Shown here: positions 1 through 13,108 of the stretch, piece after piece | Numbering within the stretch: the first letter of the stretch is position 1 | Layout: the number at the start of each line of letters is the position of its first letter | From: Lama glama | Taxonomy: Eukaryota | DNA length: 64,000 nucleotides | NCBI GenBank assembly: GCA_028534125.1 | Contig: CM052832.1 | Coordinates: forward strand, 12,216,001-12,280,000 | Direction of reading: 5' to 3' | Position numbers and translations under genes: made by a program | Notes under the pieces: model-generated | Seen by the model: only the letters and a program-made list of their open reading frames with translations | Database searches by the model: none | What the model was told of the DNA's origin: nothing

Positions 1-255
1 GTATTTTATAGGATATCATGTTTCTTTATAATAAAATTCTTTAGGACTGATTACTATATGTGGTTTGGTTCATTCCAACCTTAGGCTCAACTTTTTAAAA
101 AGCTATTGGGCATGGAAAATGTGTTCATAACTTGAGATAATCAAGATGCTCTAATTCTGTTTTATCGTTGATAGTAATTAATTTTGTTCATAGCACACTA
201 TTGGGATATATTTGGCTTCTTTGTCTTGATGCTGAATCTTGTGTTGGATTCACAG

Positions 256-445
256 TTCCCATGGAGAATGTTGCAACAATTGCCGATTGTGCCAGTGTGA
301 TTGAAGGAGTCAGTCGGAGCCGAAATGCCTTGTTGAACGGGGACACCAAGAATTATGACTGGGATTCTGGCTACACATGTCATCAGTTAGGAAGTGGTGC
401 AATTGTGGTTCAGCTGGCACAGCCATACATGATCGGGTCAATACG
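256..445 (+). CDS. BTBD9: BTBD9 internal coding exon (190 nt), C-terminal F5/8 type C / discoidin-like region
   Basis: Acceptor ...ttcacag| ends at 255 and donor |gtaag starts at 446. Translates as (V)PMENVATIADCASVIEGVSRSRNALLNGDTKNYDWDSGYTCHQLGSGAIVVQLAQPYMIGSIR, which I recognise as BTBD9. Ends in phase 2 (CG|G). Confidence 0.96.
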
Positions 446-1112
446 GTAAGAAGATTCCTTTTCATTCATTCCTTCTAAAATGGAACACACGTGCAATTAT
501 GTTTTGATACATTGATGATCCCAGCAACTTCAGTGAAGATACTCTTCTGTTCTTTGCTTTAAATATCAAGAAGGGGGATGGAAAGGGAGGGACAAAAATG
601 TACAAGGTGCTTGTTTAGATTTTCTGGTGAGGAGATGCACCAAAATTAGACTTGTGGAGGGACTGGATTAGGCTTGTGGAGGGAGAGGACTAGCGCCTCA
701 CCCTGGATATAGCTTACCTCCTAGTCAAGTCTCACTTTGTATTGGCTAGGGACTTAACAGGATAATGTCAAAAGAGATTATACAGAGTCAAAAATCATTT
801 TCAGCTTTAATAAATGACTGTATATTAACCAAACAGATCTGAATATGAGACCTGGTTCTAAAAGATCTTTTTAATATTAGTCTTCATGTCTTGGATTTTA
901 GTTGTTGTTTTCATTATGTTTTGCTTTGTTTTGTTTAATGAAGGGAACTTTAACCCAATATTGCTTGATTTGTATGATCATATAATTGTAAAATGTGAGA
1001 CTGGTGACATCCCCCAGAGGATTTACTTTGGTTCAGGAGAGCCATCTGGGTCTTGAATAGGCTGCCTTTTTTTGTTTTTTAAGGTTCTCAGAAGGTCTCT
1101 GAAAGACTAATG

Positions 1113-1113
<1 letters not shown>

Positions 1114-1158
<45 letters not shown>

Positions 1159-1160
1159 GT
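1114..1160. repeat. (TG)n microsatellite
   Basis: About 18 uninterrupted TG units (1114-1150) followed by a degenerate tail. Confidence 0.97.
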
Positions 1161-1709
1161 ACATATATATTTTAATGTACATATTTTACATTATATCTTA
1201 GCCTGCCAGCAGTAGACATGTTGGTAAGACATGGCTGCCTTCCCCCATCATGCTCCACCACATTTACTTTATTGTTTCCTGTTCTCACTTTAAAGTGAGT
1301 ATGTGTAAAGAAAAAAATAGCACCAAAAAATAAAGTAGTAGGATTCTAATAGACAAAGGTTTACTGATGTTAGGCTAATAACTACAGAGGTTAATGCTGC
1401 CTGTCGGTTCCCTGGGTACCCTGACAGGTGATGCTGGATTTCTTGGAGAATTCAGACTTTGGATTTCTTTATTTAAATTGTCAGTCTGTTTTCATAAAGG
1501 GCCACATACAGGCTGAGTACCACAGGCAACTAATCACAGATAGAGAAGCTTGAGTTCATACTGCAGGCCAGACAACTCACTTTGTGCTTAGGAAGGGAGA
1601 GGAGACAGGCCACAATCAGTCTGGACAAACTACCAGTGCAAACAAACTTCCGTCAGATAGCAAACAACACCCGCTCCTTGCTTTTTCTCAGCTGTGTGCA
1701 TTAACCAAA

Positions 1710-2105
1710 GTAATTATAAGCTATCTATGTAATAAGCCATTCTAGAATTTTTGTCATAAATGGTGTGAAACTTCTCTGAATACTTCCCATTATAGTCTTT
1801 TTCTCTTCACTTTGAAAATCTGGAAAACAGTTGTCCTCCTCTTGTCTTATAGTCTCCACAATTTCTTGAAGTTTACCAGTCGTGTCTCTGAGATTACATC
1901 TGCAATTTCTTTCAGCAGGCTTGGTGTGTAACTCATCTAAGCAGGAGACTTGAAATCATTTAAATTGACTAGATACTCTCTTTCACTTCACCTATTTGGG
2001 GCTTCAATTTTCTCTTTATTATGTTTGTTCTGCCATTTCTGATTTGAAGACCAGTCTTCTTGCCAGTGAAGATGGAAGCAAACTGGCAGCTTAGCACCTC
2101 TGCCC
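1710..2105 (-). mobile_element. Ancient CR1/L3 LINE ORF2 fragment
   Basis: With frameshifts, the minus strand reads AEVLSCQFASIFT..., LNDFKSPA/DELH/SLLKEIADVISETRLVNFKKLWR and RRTTVFQIFKVKRK. These resemble the CR1 ORF2 pre-RT motifs (FASVFT; KSPGPDxLHPRVLKELADVI; WRxANVVPIFKKG). Confidence 0.75.
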
Positions 2106-2269
2106 ACTCTCTTTTAATATTCCGTGTGTTCTGTCTACTTACCCGACACGTCCCCCATCCCCCCACTCCCCCAGCCACCTAACAATGTTCCATGTGCATC
2201 TAGAATTCCATTTTCCTCCCCTTTCCCTGCTCACATTGCCTCATACCGTGATTTCCTCCTCTCATTCAG

Positions 2270-2900
2270 TGGTACTGCCCATCTCTCCATCTGCTGAGCC
2301 AGAAACATGGGAGTCTTCCTAAATTCCTTTCCCTCACCTCCCCAACTCAGCCAGTGAGCTGGCAGTACCAGCTCCTACATATCTACAAATCCTTCCTCTC
2401 TTCCCCATCTCCACTGCCTTCACCACAGTTGTACCTTTGTCATGCCCCTTCCTAAGAGGATTCATGGATACTGTTTGCCTTCAGGAGGAAATTCAGACAG
2501 AGGCATTAAGAATGACCTGACTACAGCCTTGTCTCCTGCCTCTCCGCCCACCCCTACACGTGCTGTTTCAGCCTACAGGTATCCAGCTACTTGCAGTTTG
2601 GCATGTATGTCTCCCCCTCTTACCCCGTGCCTTCAGCTCTGAACATACTGTTCTCATTGCATGTGTCTCTCACCACCTTCTCATTGCCCGTTTTTACCTG
2701 GCTTTAAAACCCTTTGAAGACTCCATTGCCTCTGGCAGTGCTTCCCTAACCTTCTGTTACCTCCTGGACTGATTTAGACTTCTCCTCTTCAGTGATCCCA
2801 CATGTTCTGTATGTAATTCCTGTCAGAGCATTTGTCATGCTTGTATTATAGTTGTTTACTTGCCTCCTCCCAGCCTCACCTGGTACAAAAGCCTTCGGCA
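2270..2900 (+). mobile_element. L2 LINE fragments (degraded)
   Basis: gagccagaaacatgggagtcttcct...ccctcacctcccc and downstream CT-rich segments typical of the L2 3' region. Confidence 0.55.
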
Positions 2901-4199
2901 ACTCAGAATAAGTGTCCCTTGACAGATTGAAAGTGCAGATGAGGTAGTCTATCAAGATAGAAGGGGAAATTATAGTGAGTACAGTAGGAGATCTAGAATT
3001 TTAGATCCAGCAAGGACCTCATGAGGTCGTTGCCAAGGTGACAACTCAGAGAGACAAACAGATTTTTTGTGTGGCGGGGCTACCTTGGCCTCTAGCTCTA
3101 CTCAGAGAATCGGGGATGTTGAATCTAGCTCCAGAAAAAGGTGTCACCAGAGCTTAAGAGAGAGAAGAGAGTGCCCATTTGGTTTTCTTTAAATGTGGAA
3201 TGAAGATGGTTCCCAAAAACAATTTTTCTCTTCCTGACTCAGAGGGGGGATGATGAGCATGAGCACCACCGAAGGCAGAATTGTGTATCTCAGCACAGTG
3301 TGAAGCCTCCAGCTTCCTTAAGCCCAGCTATTGCTTTTGCAGTGAGAAAATCCATGCAACTGAAGCTCCGTGTAACTGGCTCAGCGCTCAAAGAGACACA
3401 TCTCTGTGAAGCTAGCATTATGTTGTCAGGAACTGCATTTGCCTCTTCTGTGACATTATCAAGAAGAAGGGTAGAGGGATTTCTTAACCGCCAATGCCTG
3501 TGGACGATGCTGGATACCCTGGCAGGCCATGGTTGGCAGCAGCTGATGTGCCCAAACAGATGTCTATTGACAGGAAACTAGATCAGTGGCATCTCTTCAT
3601 GGGGATGGGTAATTGACAAGTGACAGGTTGATTAGTCAGTGACATTTGACCCACAGCTTCTATTGCTTGTGATGACTGACTTGCTTTCCTAGTCACTATC
3701 CGAAGAAGCCCAGTGATTCTGAGTCAACACCTAGAGGGAGAGCATGGCAGAGCCAAGTGACTAACATTTTCTCTGTCTGAGAGGGAGGAGGTCTGGCAAC
3801 CCTGGAAGCCCTTCCTCTGGGCACCCAGTCCCAAAGTGCACTGACTTTAAATGTTCAGGTTTCTTTGTAGAGGATGGACACCAAAGGCAGAGGTCTTAAA
3901 GATGAATTATCTTGATCACTGAATTCTTCATTCCCAAGAGAGGACAGAATTATTTTGTAGATAAGATTTCTTTTGTTGGGCTGTTTTCATCCACAGAAAC
4001 CATTTCTTCCTTTCCTGAGCATTTACCCTATGGCTGGGTGGGCAAGCATAGCTTCTCTCTTGACAGACGATGCCCACACCTCACCACAGTCAGTGGGAGC
4101 CTAATCCTACTGGTATGTCTAGTACTAATAAATACCCTCGTGGTATCCTGGAAAGGCCGACTTTGAAACATGATCTCTGACCATCTCCTCTCTCCCTCA

Positions 4200-4620
4200 T
4201 TTTCATTCATTCACCCAACAAACATTTATGGAGCCTTTTGGGCCTTTTACTGTGTGCCAGGCACTGTTATAAACACTGAGGATACAACACTGAATACAGA
4301 AAACAAACATCACTGCTCTCATAGAACTGATACTCTTGCTCGGCAGGGGTGGGGCAGTGGCGAGTCGCCAGTAAACACCACTGTTTGTAGTATGTCAGGT
4401 ATTTCAGAGATGGAGTCATCAGGAGGGAGGGCTAGGGGTGAAGTTTTAGATTGGGCAGCCAGGGAAGCTCCACTGTGCAGAGCCTGAAGGATGGCAAGAG
4501 CAAGCCATTTGGGGACCTGGGGGATGAGCTGCCCAGGCAGGGGGCCGAGGCCCCCCAGGTGGAGCACGCATGTCTGGCAGGTTGCGGAGCAGAAAGGAGG
4601 CCAAGGTGGTGCAGCAGAGG
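4200..4620 (-). mobile_element. L2 LINE 3' end
   Basis: ttcattcattcacccaacaaacatttatggagc...tactgtgtgccaggcactgtt...ctgctctcatagaactga is the reverse-complemented L2 tail. Confidence 0.8.
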
Positions 4621-7269
4621 GAGAGGGGAGAGTAAGAGGCAAGGCGATGGAGGTAACTTTCAGGGAAGATAGCCCTCAGATGTTCTGTTGCTGTTTCTGT
4701 ATTCAGTCACCATCCCACCCACCGCCACAAACCCATCCGAGTGTTTCACCAGCACCATTAGAGGAGAGTTTCCCTTGCTGAGGAGAAGAGGGGCAGAGCT
4801 GGGGAGGCGGTCCTACCTTTAGAAGCCACCTTCTTTGTTCCTGACCTGCCTTTATCCAGCCACTCCCAGAAAAGAAACAGCAGGAGGCATCCTAGGCCTT
4901 GCAGTGTACAGGAAACTTTCTCCCCATCTTCAACATTTCTTTCTCTTTCCCAAGAACCAGAGCAGGCAGTGTAACTGGGAAATAAAGGAGTTTGTCTCCA
5001 TTGCTGCCAGGTTTACAGGCACAGGGAAGGGTACTCATTTTATCTGAAAGAAAAAGAAACTGCCTGGAATGTGCCTAAAAAGTGGGTAACTGAGTAGTAA
5101 TTACATCATTTTCATACCATTTTAAAAACATTAAAATTTAAATAACAGGAAATCTTCAGGGGTCTGACCACATAAAAAGACCAGGATAGAGTCATAATAA
5201 CTAACCAAATCTACCTAATGTCTTAGTTTATAGTCCCTCTGTTGCCTTAGTTTAAGACTTATTATCTTTCTACTTGCTAATCATGATTTCCTTTTAAGTG
5301 TTTTCAGGTTAGTATGAGAACTCACATATGCTGTGCATTAAACACACCTATCACCCAGTCTTTTTCAGCTAATAAATGACAGTGCTTTGTTGAAATCCTA
5401 ATTATAAGATAGCCAATTAAATTAACAATACTTACATTAGCTTGAAAATGATAGTTTTGTAATTGATATGTGCAATACTGTGAGTAAAATACCCACAGTG
5501 CTTTAACTAACCTAATTGTGAGTAAGTAGGCTGTTGGAAGATGAAACAGCACAGATAGATGCAACTAAGTAAACCCATGGTCTCTCCAGGTGTTACGAGG
5601 ATTAAGGAGTTAATGACACAAAAATATTTTTAGTTCCTCAGTTAGAAAATGTTATATGAATATATTATGTTAGAACAAAATGATCTAGCCTAAAGTATGT
5701 GCTTGGTGGGTATTCATAATCTCTTTAGTCTGTGGAGATGAGGTTTTTATTTTGCAAGAGGAAAAAAACCAGTTCTACAATTTGCAAAAGTTAATCTGGC
5801 ACAGAATTTCTGAACCACAAATCAGTTTATGTGTTGCAGTTATTAAGCATAGATAAAACAAAGCAATAGCAAGTTGATCCTTTTTTAAAAAAAAATTGGA
5901 TATGTCTCTGTGGTCCTTATTCATCACGGCTTAGTTTTTCTTCTCTGTGAGCTGTTAAGTTCATGCCCAATTCATGCCTTTTCACTGTTGTGTGGCTGCA
6001 CCATTCTAGATTATCTATTCAGTTTGTAAATTACTGAGACCCCTTTTTGGTTGCTATTTTTCCTTTTTCCCACTGCTGACCACTTGCTAAACTATTGCTC
6101 CACTTCCTTCCCAAAGGATAGGCACGGGAAAGGAAAAGAGGAATCACAAACCGTTCAATTTTGTGTCCTGTTTAATAGCTCCAAATGAAGGTTTAGTCCA
6201 TAAGGGTGGGAGAGGAATGGAAGCTAATGACTCAAATGATGTTCTGTAATTATTTGAGTATTTTCTACATCTGTGCTGCCCTCAAGTTCTCATAGGACCA
6301 CAGATAATGTCTAGTTGAAGTCAGTGATTGTAGGATTGAGATGGACTTGGGTCTTCGCAACAATTTCCAAGTGCCTGGTACATACTCTGTGCTGTGAGTA
6401 CTCAATAAACACTCATTGACTGAGCTGACAACATAGTATGTTAGTGCAACTAAAGGGAGTTCTATCTATCAACTAAATTGGACATCATATTTGCTCAGTG
6501 TCTGATCTAAGTGTATGTGAGGAAACTACTAAAGATCTGGCATCTGCAGTAAATGACTAAGATGGAATTCTGGTGTTAGGCACTGACATGCGCACAGGTG
6601 AGGACGCTGGCCTCACATTCTGGGCGGCTTTCATTTCATTGTCTGAGTGATGCACAGGCAGGCACATACTTATTTACATTAGGACAGTCTTCTTTGCAGC
6701 CTAGAGAGCTAAAATTTCCCTTTTTGTAGTCTAAAGAATACAACAAACATCTAAAAATATGACTCCTTTGGCTTGGATTAAGATTGCCTATAATTCTAGT
6801 CAAAATTGGAAAGATATTTTACAAAATTTGCTTCATATCAGTCATGTTAAGCATCGTCTGTCACAGCCCTGAAACAAGGAATTCGTCCCTGTCTCGCTGA
6901 TTCATGATTTATTTACCAAACGTTGTTTCTCTCACAGCCTATCTGCATCGCACTAAAGTCTTCTCTTATCACCTTCAGAACTCTGGTTCCTAGAAAAATT
7001 GTTGAATAAAAAATTATATCTTTGGTTCTCAGTAGATGCTAGAGTCTGAACTGTGTGAACACAAAGGGGACCAGAAATGCTAGAGCCTGGAAACAGAGAG
7101 CAGAGTTGGGGAATGGTGAATGTGTCTCAGCCAGTTCCATCCTAGAGGCATTTCAAGACCAGGAAGTATTGCTATGGCAACTAAATTGCTTGTTAAAAAT
7201 ACAGGAGAGGGCCTAGAATTCAGATGTTCTTTGGAGAAACAGGAAAGGTTAAATGCCCTCCCCACCAAA

Positions 7270-7277
7270 GTGTGTGT

Positions 7278-7308
<31 letters not shown>
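7270..7308. repeat. (GT)n microsatellite
   Basis: GT dinucleotide run with one interruption. Confidence 0.95.
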
Positions 7309-7309
<1 letters not shown>

Positions 7310-8919
7310 TTAATTTACCTCACGTCAACTGTTCATCTCTCTTGATTAGAGAACTTGACAACTAGTCGTATAAAATACAGCTGAACACATGAAAGGAAAA
7401 ATCCTTTCAATTTTCAAAGATTAACCCATCAAGAAGACATTTTTACAGAGGATATCAGTCCCATTTGACCCAGTATTTTATGCATAAATGTATATTTAAT
7501 AATTATCCAGAATTGTTATTTGAGACGCCTCTAAAACAAATGCTCACTTTACCAATAGTGCTTTAAACAATCATTTTAAAAACCAGAATCATTCACCTTG
7601 GGAGATCAAATGAATGGCAAGTATTAACCTCCTTCTGTGGTTTTACTTTGGTAGCTGTTTTACACACTGCTCCCCCGGGATCGCCTTTACAGGGTCACAG
7701 AAGTGTGGCTGTTCTCGTGAGGGCTAACAGAAGCTTAGGACTTTCAGCAAATTGACCGAAATTTCTACATATTTAATACATCAGATTGCTTGAATCTATC
7801 TTCTGAGTATTAAGTAAATGAAGCTATTCTGAAACCTGATGAAGGGTCACAGTCATTTAAGAAATTAGTTCTTGAATTAATCCAGAACAGTAATCTATCT
7901 TTGAAAACTTTCAATTCTCTGGTACTCTTAAATCAGAAATCTCTGATTTTTTCCCCCAGGAGGCCAAATTTGTCACCTTGTAGGATGCTTTTGGTGCATC
8001 TTGGTAACACCTGATGTCAGTGTATCTCTCCCTCCCTCCCTCCACCCTCCCACCCGACTCCCAAAGTCCACAAGCTTGGCTCTTTGTAAACTGGTAACCA
8101 CAGAGGTACTTGACCAAAACATTCTTGTATCTCTAGTTAGAAACAAGTGGAAGTACTGAGATCAAGAAAAACTGCCACCTCCTCTTGCTTCTTCCATGTC
8201 CATTCACCCCCATTCTTTATCCTCCTCTTAGGAAAAGTGATTATGATGACAGGCTGGTTGGTGCGCCTCAAGGACTCCTTTCAGTAACTTTCCTGGACAC
8301 TCAGGGCCTTAGCTCCTGCTGAGGAATCATTTTTCTTTTTTCCTGCTGTGTTACCTCTTTCAACAATGTATCAGATTTAGTATAAGGGATATTGGTTACC
8401 TAGATAAGTGCAGAGTGTGCTTTTACTTCTGCCTGGACTTTTTTTCCTTGTGCCCTTAAGAACTAACAGTAAAGATCCTCTTTCTTCCTTTCACCTTATG
8501 ATGTCTGAAACTGTGTCCCTCAATGATTATAACATTACCAGCCTTGCCACATTATCCTTTTACTGAAACTGAGCACCATTCAAGATTGTTTAGATTTTCC
8601 ATACAATTTAATGGTCCTTTTAGTTGCTGTGTTTTTCAGTAGCTCTGGAGTTTTAGCTGCTTCACTGTCTCCATTTAAGATGTGAAGATACTATTGTATG
8701 ACTTGACTTCTCTCTCTCTCCACCATGAACATGGTGATATAACTGGTACTAAAACTACCTTCAAAGGTTCTAATTTGTTGCACAGTCCTACAGAGCCTCC
8801 TACGTCCGTAAAAAGAAAATGGGAGAAGGCATTGGACCTTCTGGTTCAACCCACCCTTAATTTCCTAAGATTGACAACATTTATTTTTATTACTAGCCCT
8901 CATTTGCTCCAAAGGAGTT

Positions 8920-9360
8920 TGCATTTGGGTTGCATTTGGCTGCAAATAACAAAGAACCTGATTAAGAAAGACTTTTTAAATGTTTTAAAAAATATTTTTG
9001 TTTTATTTTGCTTTTGTTTGTTTGTTTTTGGTCTCACATAAGAAAAAGTCTACAGGTGGATGGCTTCTAGTATTGGTTTTGCAACCCAGTGAGCCTCTTT
9101 GATTTTCTTGGTCTTTTCTACCTCTATTTTTGCCTCAGAGAAACAAGAGAACCGCTACGGCTTTAACTACCATGTTAAACTTGGGCAGGAATAAGGAGAA
9201 GGGCAAAGAGGTAAAAGGATAAAGAGCCCTGCCAGCCAGATCTGTCTCTTTTTATTAGGAGGAGCTGAAGCTTTATTTGAAGCCCCACCTAGCTGACTTC
9301 CTGATAGTTATTAGGTAAAAGTATGTCATGCAGTCAGGCTAGCACGCTTGGCAAAGAAAC
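8920..9360. mobile_element. MLT1-type MaLR LTR remnant
   Basis: ttgcatttggctgcaaataacaaagaacc...tctcacataagaaaaagtct resembles old MLT1 LTR termini. Confidence 0.5.
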
Positions 9361-9486
9361 TGAGGGGTCATGGTAAGGAGTTGCCTCATCCAGTCATCAA
9401 CTCTGCCACAGAACCCTACCCCCCATTGGACATTTCACATCTACTTTGGAATTTTTATCAATCTCTATATTTCATGTTTTGAGTTT

Positions 9487-9570
9487 GTTTTTTTTTTTAA
9501 CAGCTTTATTGAGATACAATTCATATACCATTAAATTTGCTCATTTAAAAGGATCTAATTCATTAGGGGT
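9487..9570 (-). mobile_element. Short L1MB-like 3' end
   Basis: Poly(T) followed by aacagctttattgagatacaattcatataccat. Confidence 0.7.
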
Positions 9571-11493
9571 TTTTTCCCCCATTTTTTGATGCCCTTTAAG
9601 CCTACAGCTTCTAGATGTATTCAAAACATTAAAATATAATAATTGTAGTTTATATTATTCTCAGCTTCAAAAAAAATTCTGTAAATTAAAAATCTGTATC
9701 TGCTTACTGAGTAATTCTGATCCACACAAGAAGCATTTCTGATTTTATGTGTTTGATTTCTTATTTGTGAAATTCACCTCCTGAAAGTTCCTGTTATAAA
9801 CCACTAACATTTAACTTACCGTAACTGGTCTTTGTGCTTTACCAGCACAGTGATAATAGGTGTGCCTAATGCAGGTTGGGAGGCAGACAAGATCCCAAGT
9901 GTCCTCTGATTGATCAACAGGAGAATACATTTTGGGTGTGGTTTTACTCTAATTAAGAATATTTTAAACATACCTGAATTTTTGTTAAAATTCATAATCT
10001 ATATGGAATCTGTTAACTAGACACATTTGATTAACCAAAATACCTATTTACCTAACCGGGTTATAGGGACTTGACTTTTCTTCTGTACATATAAAGTTCT
10101 AATATCAGAAACTTCACTGCGTATTCACGTTATTTTGTAATGGTAGATTAATTATGCCAAAAGTTTTGCTGGAAATAACATTTTCCATTTTTAAGATCTA
10201 AAATTTAAACAGTCATGCCCATCAGCCATAGAATGAAAAAAATACATTCAAAGACCTCTAACTTTCCAAGGGGATTTGGGCAATAACTGTCCGTTAAAGG
10301 CTGACCTCCAGTCTTTTCCTCCTAAGTTCTCGGAATGTGATGTTTTGTTCTGTAAGATTACAGTGAATGTTTCTGGTTTTTTGGAGCATTCGAAACAAGA
10401 AGTACAGTGAGTGGGAGGGTGAGTGTAGCAATACCACGATAGATCCTGGGAGAAGAAATTAAAATACCCTCTGCTTTTCCTACCACTTGGTGTCTTCCCC
10501 TTTCCCCATTTCACTCCTTCCCCAAACTAGTCAAAGCATTTGGTTCCTTTTAGGGGAGATGCTGATCAGATGGGTGAGTTTGCAGGAGTGAGAGTAGGCC
10601 ACAGTTCAGTGGAATTGCTTCTTATGCCTCTTGTCTTCTACTGGGCCCTAAGTGGCATGGGCTAGGACAGATTCTGCTAGAAAGAGGCCCTGCCTTCCCT
10701 CTTTGTTCCTGCCTCTCCCTGATCTCTCACTTTTCTCTTTGGTCCTCACAGCAAGCAGACACATTCTTTCCTTTCCTTGGGCATTCTTACTGCCACTTTT
10801 ATCTTTCAGGGCAGCCAGAGTAAGGTTATTGCCTCAGCCCAGAGATAGCTCAGTGTGGGTAGCAGGGGACCATGATCTCTCCTGCACCCACTCTGTTTTA
10901 GTGGTATTAGAATGTGTATTGGTTGATCCTTCCTTGGATCGTAGTGGTAAGAACCAAGAGTAAGTTTTGGGTGTAGAAGAAGGGACAGAACAGGCCTCCT
11001 AGCTTACAGTGGTTGAACCTATTCAGGCATAACCTACTTGGGAAAAGGGAGTGCTCCATGTCCTGTGCCTTTTACATTAGAGTTTTGGGCTGAAAATTCT
11101 ACTAACAACAAAATACCCCTTTGTTTCTCACTTGCGAGGACTTTCCTTGGCATGTACTTACCTCAAGAACCTTGTGGGAAGGGGTAGTTGTGGTCTAAGA
11201 TAATGGATCTTGTTCCGAAGTCCCTGATGTCTAATGCACACCCTTGTCAGTTCTTTTCTTGATGTCTAACCTCCTGTATTCATTTCTTCCCTGAGGTTTA
11301 AAATAATAATAAAGCATCTGTAATCAAGCAGTGTTTTTATTAGGAAATTCATAGCAGTCCTATTAGAAATAGATAAGGCATTATCGTAGAGAATTGTTTT
11401 GAGAGTTGGCATTAACCTGATAAACAATATTGATAATAGCATTCTTGGTAGAACAGGTAAATGGCTTTGTCATGATTGTGTTCACTATAGTGA

Positions 11494-11593
11494 NNNNNNN
11501 NNNNNNNNNNNNNNNNNNNNNNNNNNNNNNNNNNNNNNNNNNNNNNNNNNNNNNNNNNNNNNNNNNNNNNNNNNNNNNNNNNNNNNNNNNNNN
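11494..11593. other. Assembly gap (100 N)
   Basis: Run of N. Confidence 1.
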
Positions 11594-11861
11594 TTATGTT
11601 GTCGGTTTTTATGGCTGAGTAGTATTCCATTGTATAAATATACCACATCTTCTTTATCGAGTCACCTGTTGATGGACATTTAGGCTGTTTCCATGTTTTG
11701 GCTATTGTAAATAGTGCTGCTATGAACATTGGGGTGCAGGTGTCATCCTGAAGTAGATTTCCTTCTGGGTACAAGCCCAGGAGTGGGATTCCTGGATCAT
11801 ATGGTAAGTCTATTCCTAGTCTTTTGAGGAATCTCCACACTGTTTTCCACAGTGGCTGCAC
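11594..11861 (-). mobile_element. Young 5'-truncated LINE-1, ORF2 C-terminal fragment; its 3' end is hidden in the gap
   Basis: Uninterrupted minus-strand translation [31 protein letters not shown]...CTPMFIAALFTIAKTWKQPKCPS...KKMWYIYTMEYYSAIK is the L1 ORF2 C-terminus. Flanked by the duplicated sequence cactatagtga. Confidence 0.93.
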
Positions 11862-12772
11862 TATAGTGAGATCTTAACTGTCTATTTTGGACTCAAAGAA
11901 AAATTAGAGAATTCATTGCGATTATGTGGAACAATTTGTGAAAAATATTTAAAATTGGTTTTATTAAGGATTTCAAATGAGTAGTTTTGTTAAAACACTA
12001 AGCACTCTAAGGTTTTTATTGTTCTGTGGTCATAGCCCTGGTCATGTATCTTATAAGATGCTTTTTATAATCACAGTGCTGGAGAAATAGCAAAGAGATT
12101 GATCTTAGAAATCCATTTTCTCCCAGTAGTGACCAGTAAACAGCACTGTCTCCCTAATTGGTGTGGTTTAGTCTGTGGTGTCATCTTCATCTCTAACTGA
12201 TTTATTGGTATTTTATTGCTGTTGTATTAACTGCCTTATCACGACTATGTAACTTGTGTGTGTGTTGTTGTTTATTGATTTTAAATGTCTCTGTAACTTT
12301 TCACCCTACCCTACTACTTCCGTGCTCTTTACTAGAGATCTGGAGGCTGGTGATCATGACTGTGGAGTTTGGGACTGTAGCTCCTATGCACGTCATTGGT
12401 TCCAGGAATAGAGAGGGTTTGGGAATGGTTTTCAGGTTTTCATTTTTAATTGAAACTCCTTCTTTTTCTTCCTTTCTCTTTCTCTCTCTCCCCGCTTTTC
12501 CCATTTCTTTTCTTGTCTTTGATTCTTAGCAGAAATATCAGATATTTGGAGCGAAAGGCAAGCCAAGAATCATCAGTACAGTTGTTACATAACAAAGATG
12601 GGATTAGGACTACAGCAGGATCTAAACTCTCCGTGTGGAGTTTGCTGCATGAAAATCTGCTGAAACACTTTCAATAGAAGAAAGAGATTTTAGACATTTC
12701 TGGACTAAGCTTAGCCTTCAACTATACCTTTATTTCTTACCTTGGTGAAAAGCTTCAGTTTTCTGTCTATTC

Positions 12773-12935
12773 CTGGCATTGGCAAAGTTTTTCCATAAAG
12801 GGCCAGATAGTAATTTTAGACTTTGTAAGCTATAGTCTCTGTCACAACTGCTCGACTCTGGCAAGAGGGCGTGGCTGTGTTCCAATAAAACTTTACTTAC
12901 AAAAAAGGCACCATGGGCCAGTCTACCAATGCTCT
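12773..12935 (+). mobile_element. MER58A-like hAT-Charlie DNA transposon (internally deleted)
   Basis: ggcaaagtttttccataaagggccagatagtaa...gtctctgtcacaactgctcgactctg...gggcgtggctgtgttccaataaaactttacttacaaaaa matches the MER58A consensus as I recall it. Confidence 0.8.
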
Positions 12936-13108
12936 GTCTGTTCAGCTCCTTTCCTCACAGCTCTGGTCCAGATAGGTGAAAGGGAAGAATCCATTTGCCT
13001 TTCATGGTTTCAAAAAAATGTGAATAATAATATTTATAAGCCTGTTACTAAAAGGTATAAATATTAATATCAGCATTGAGTTTGAGGTTAAGATACACAG
13101 CATGACCC

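Noticed and set aside
168..255. N-terminal part of the 93-aa ORF 168..449
   Set aside because: Intronic read-through upstream of the acceptor at 255; only 256-445 matches BTBD9.
5285..5313. ttttcag|gttagt as a recursive splice site
   Set aside because: The donor is non-consensus at +3, the pyrimidine tract is interrupted by an AG, and the intron is modest in length.
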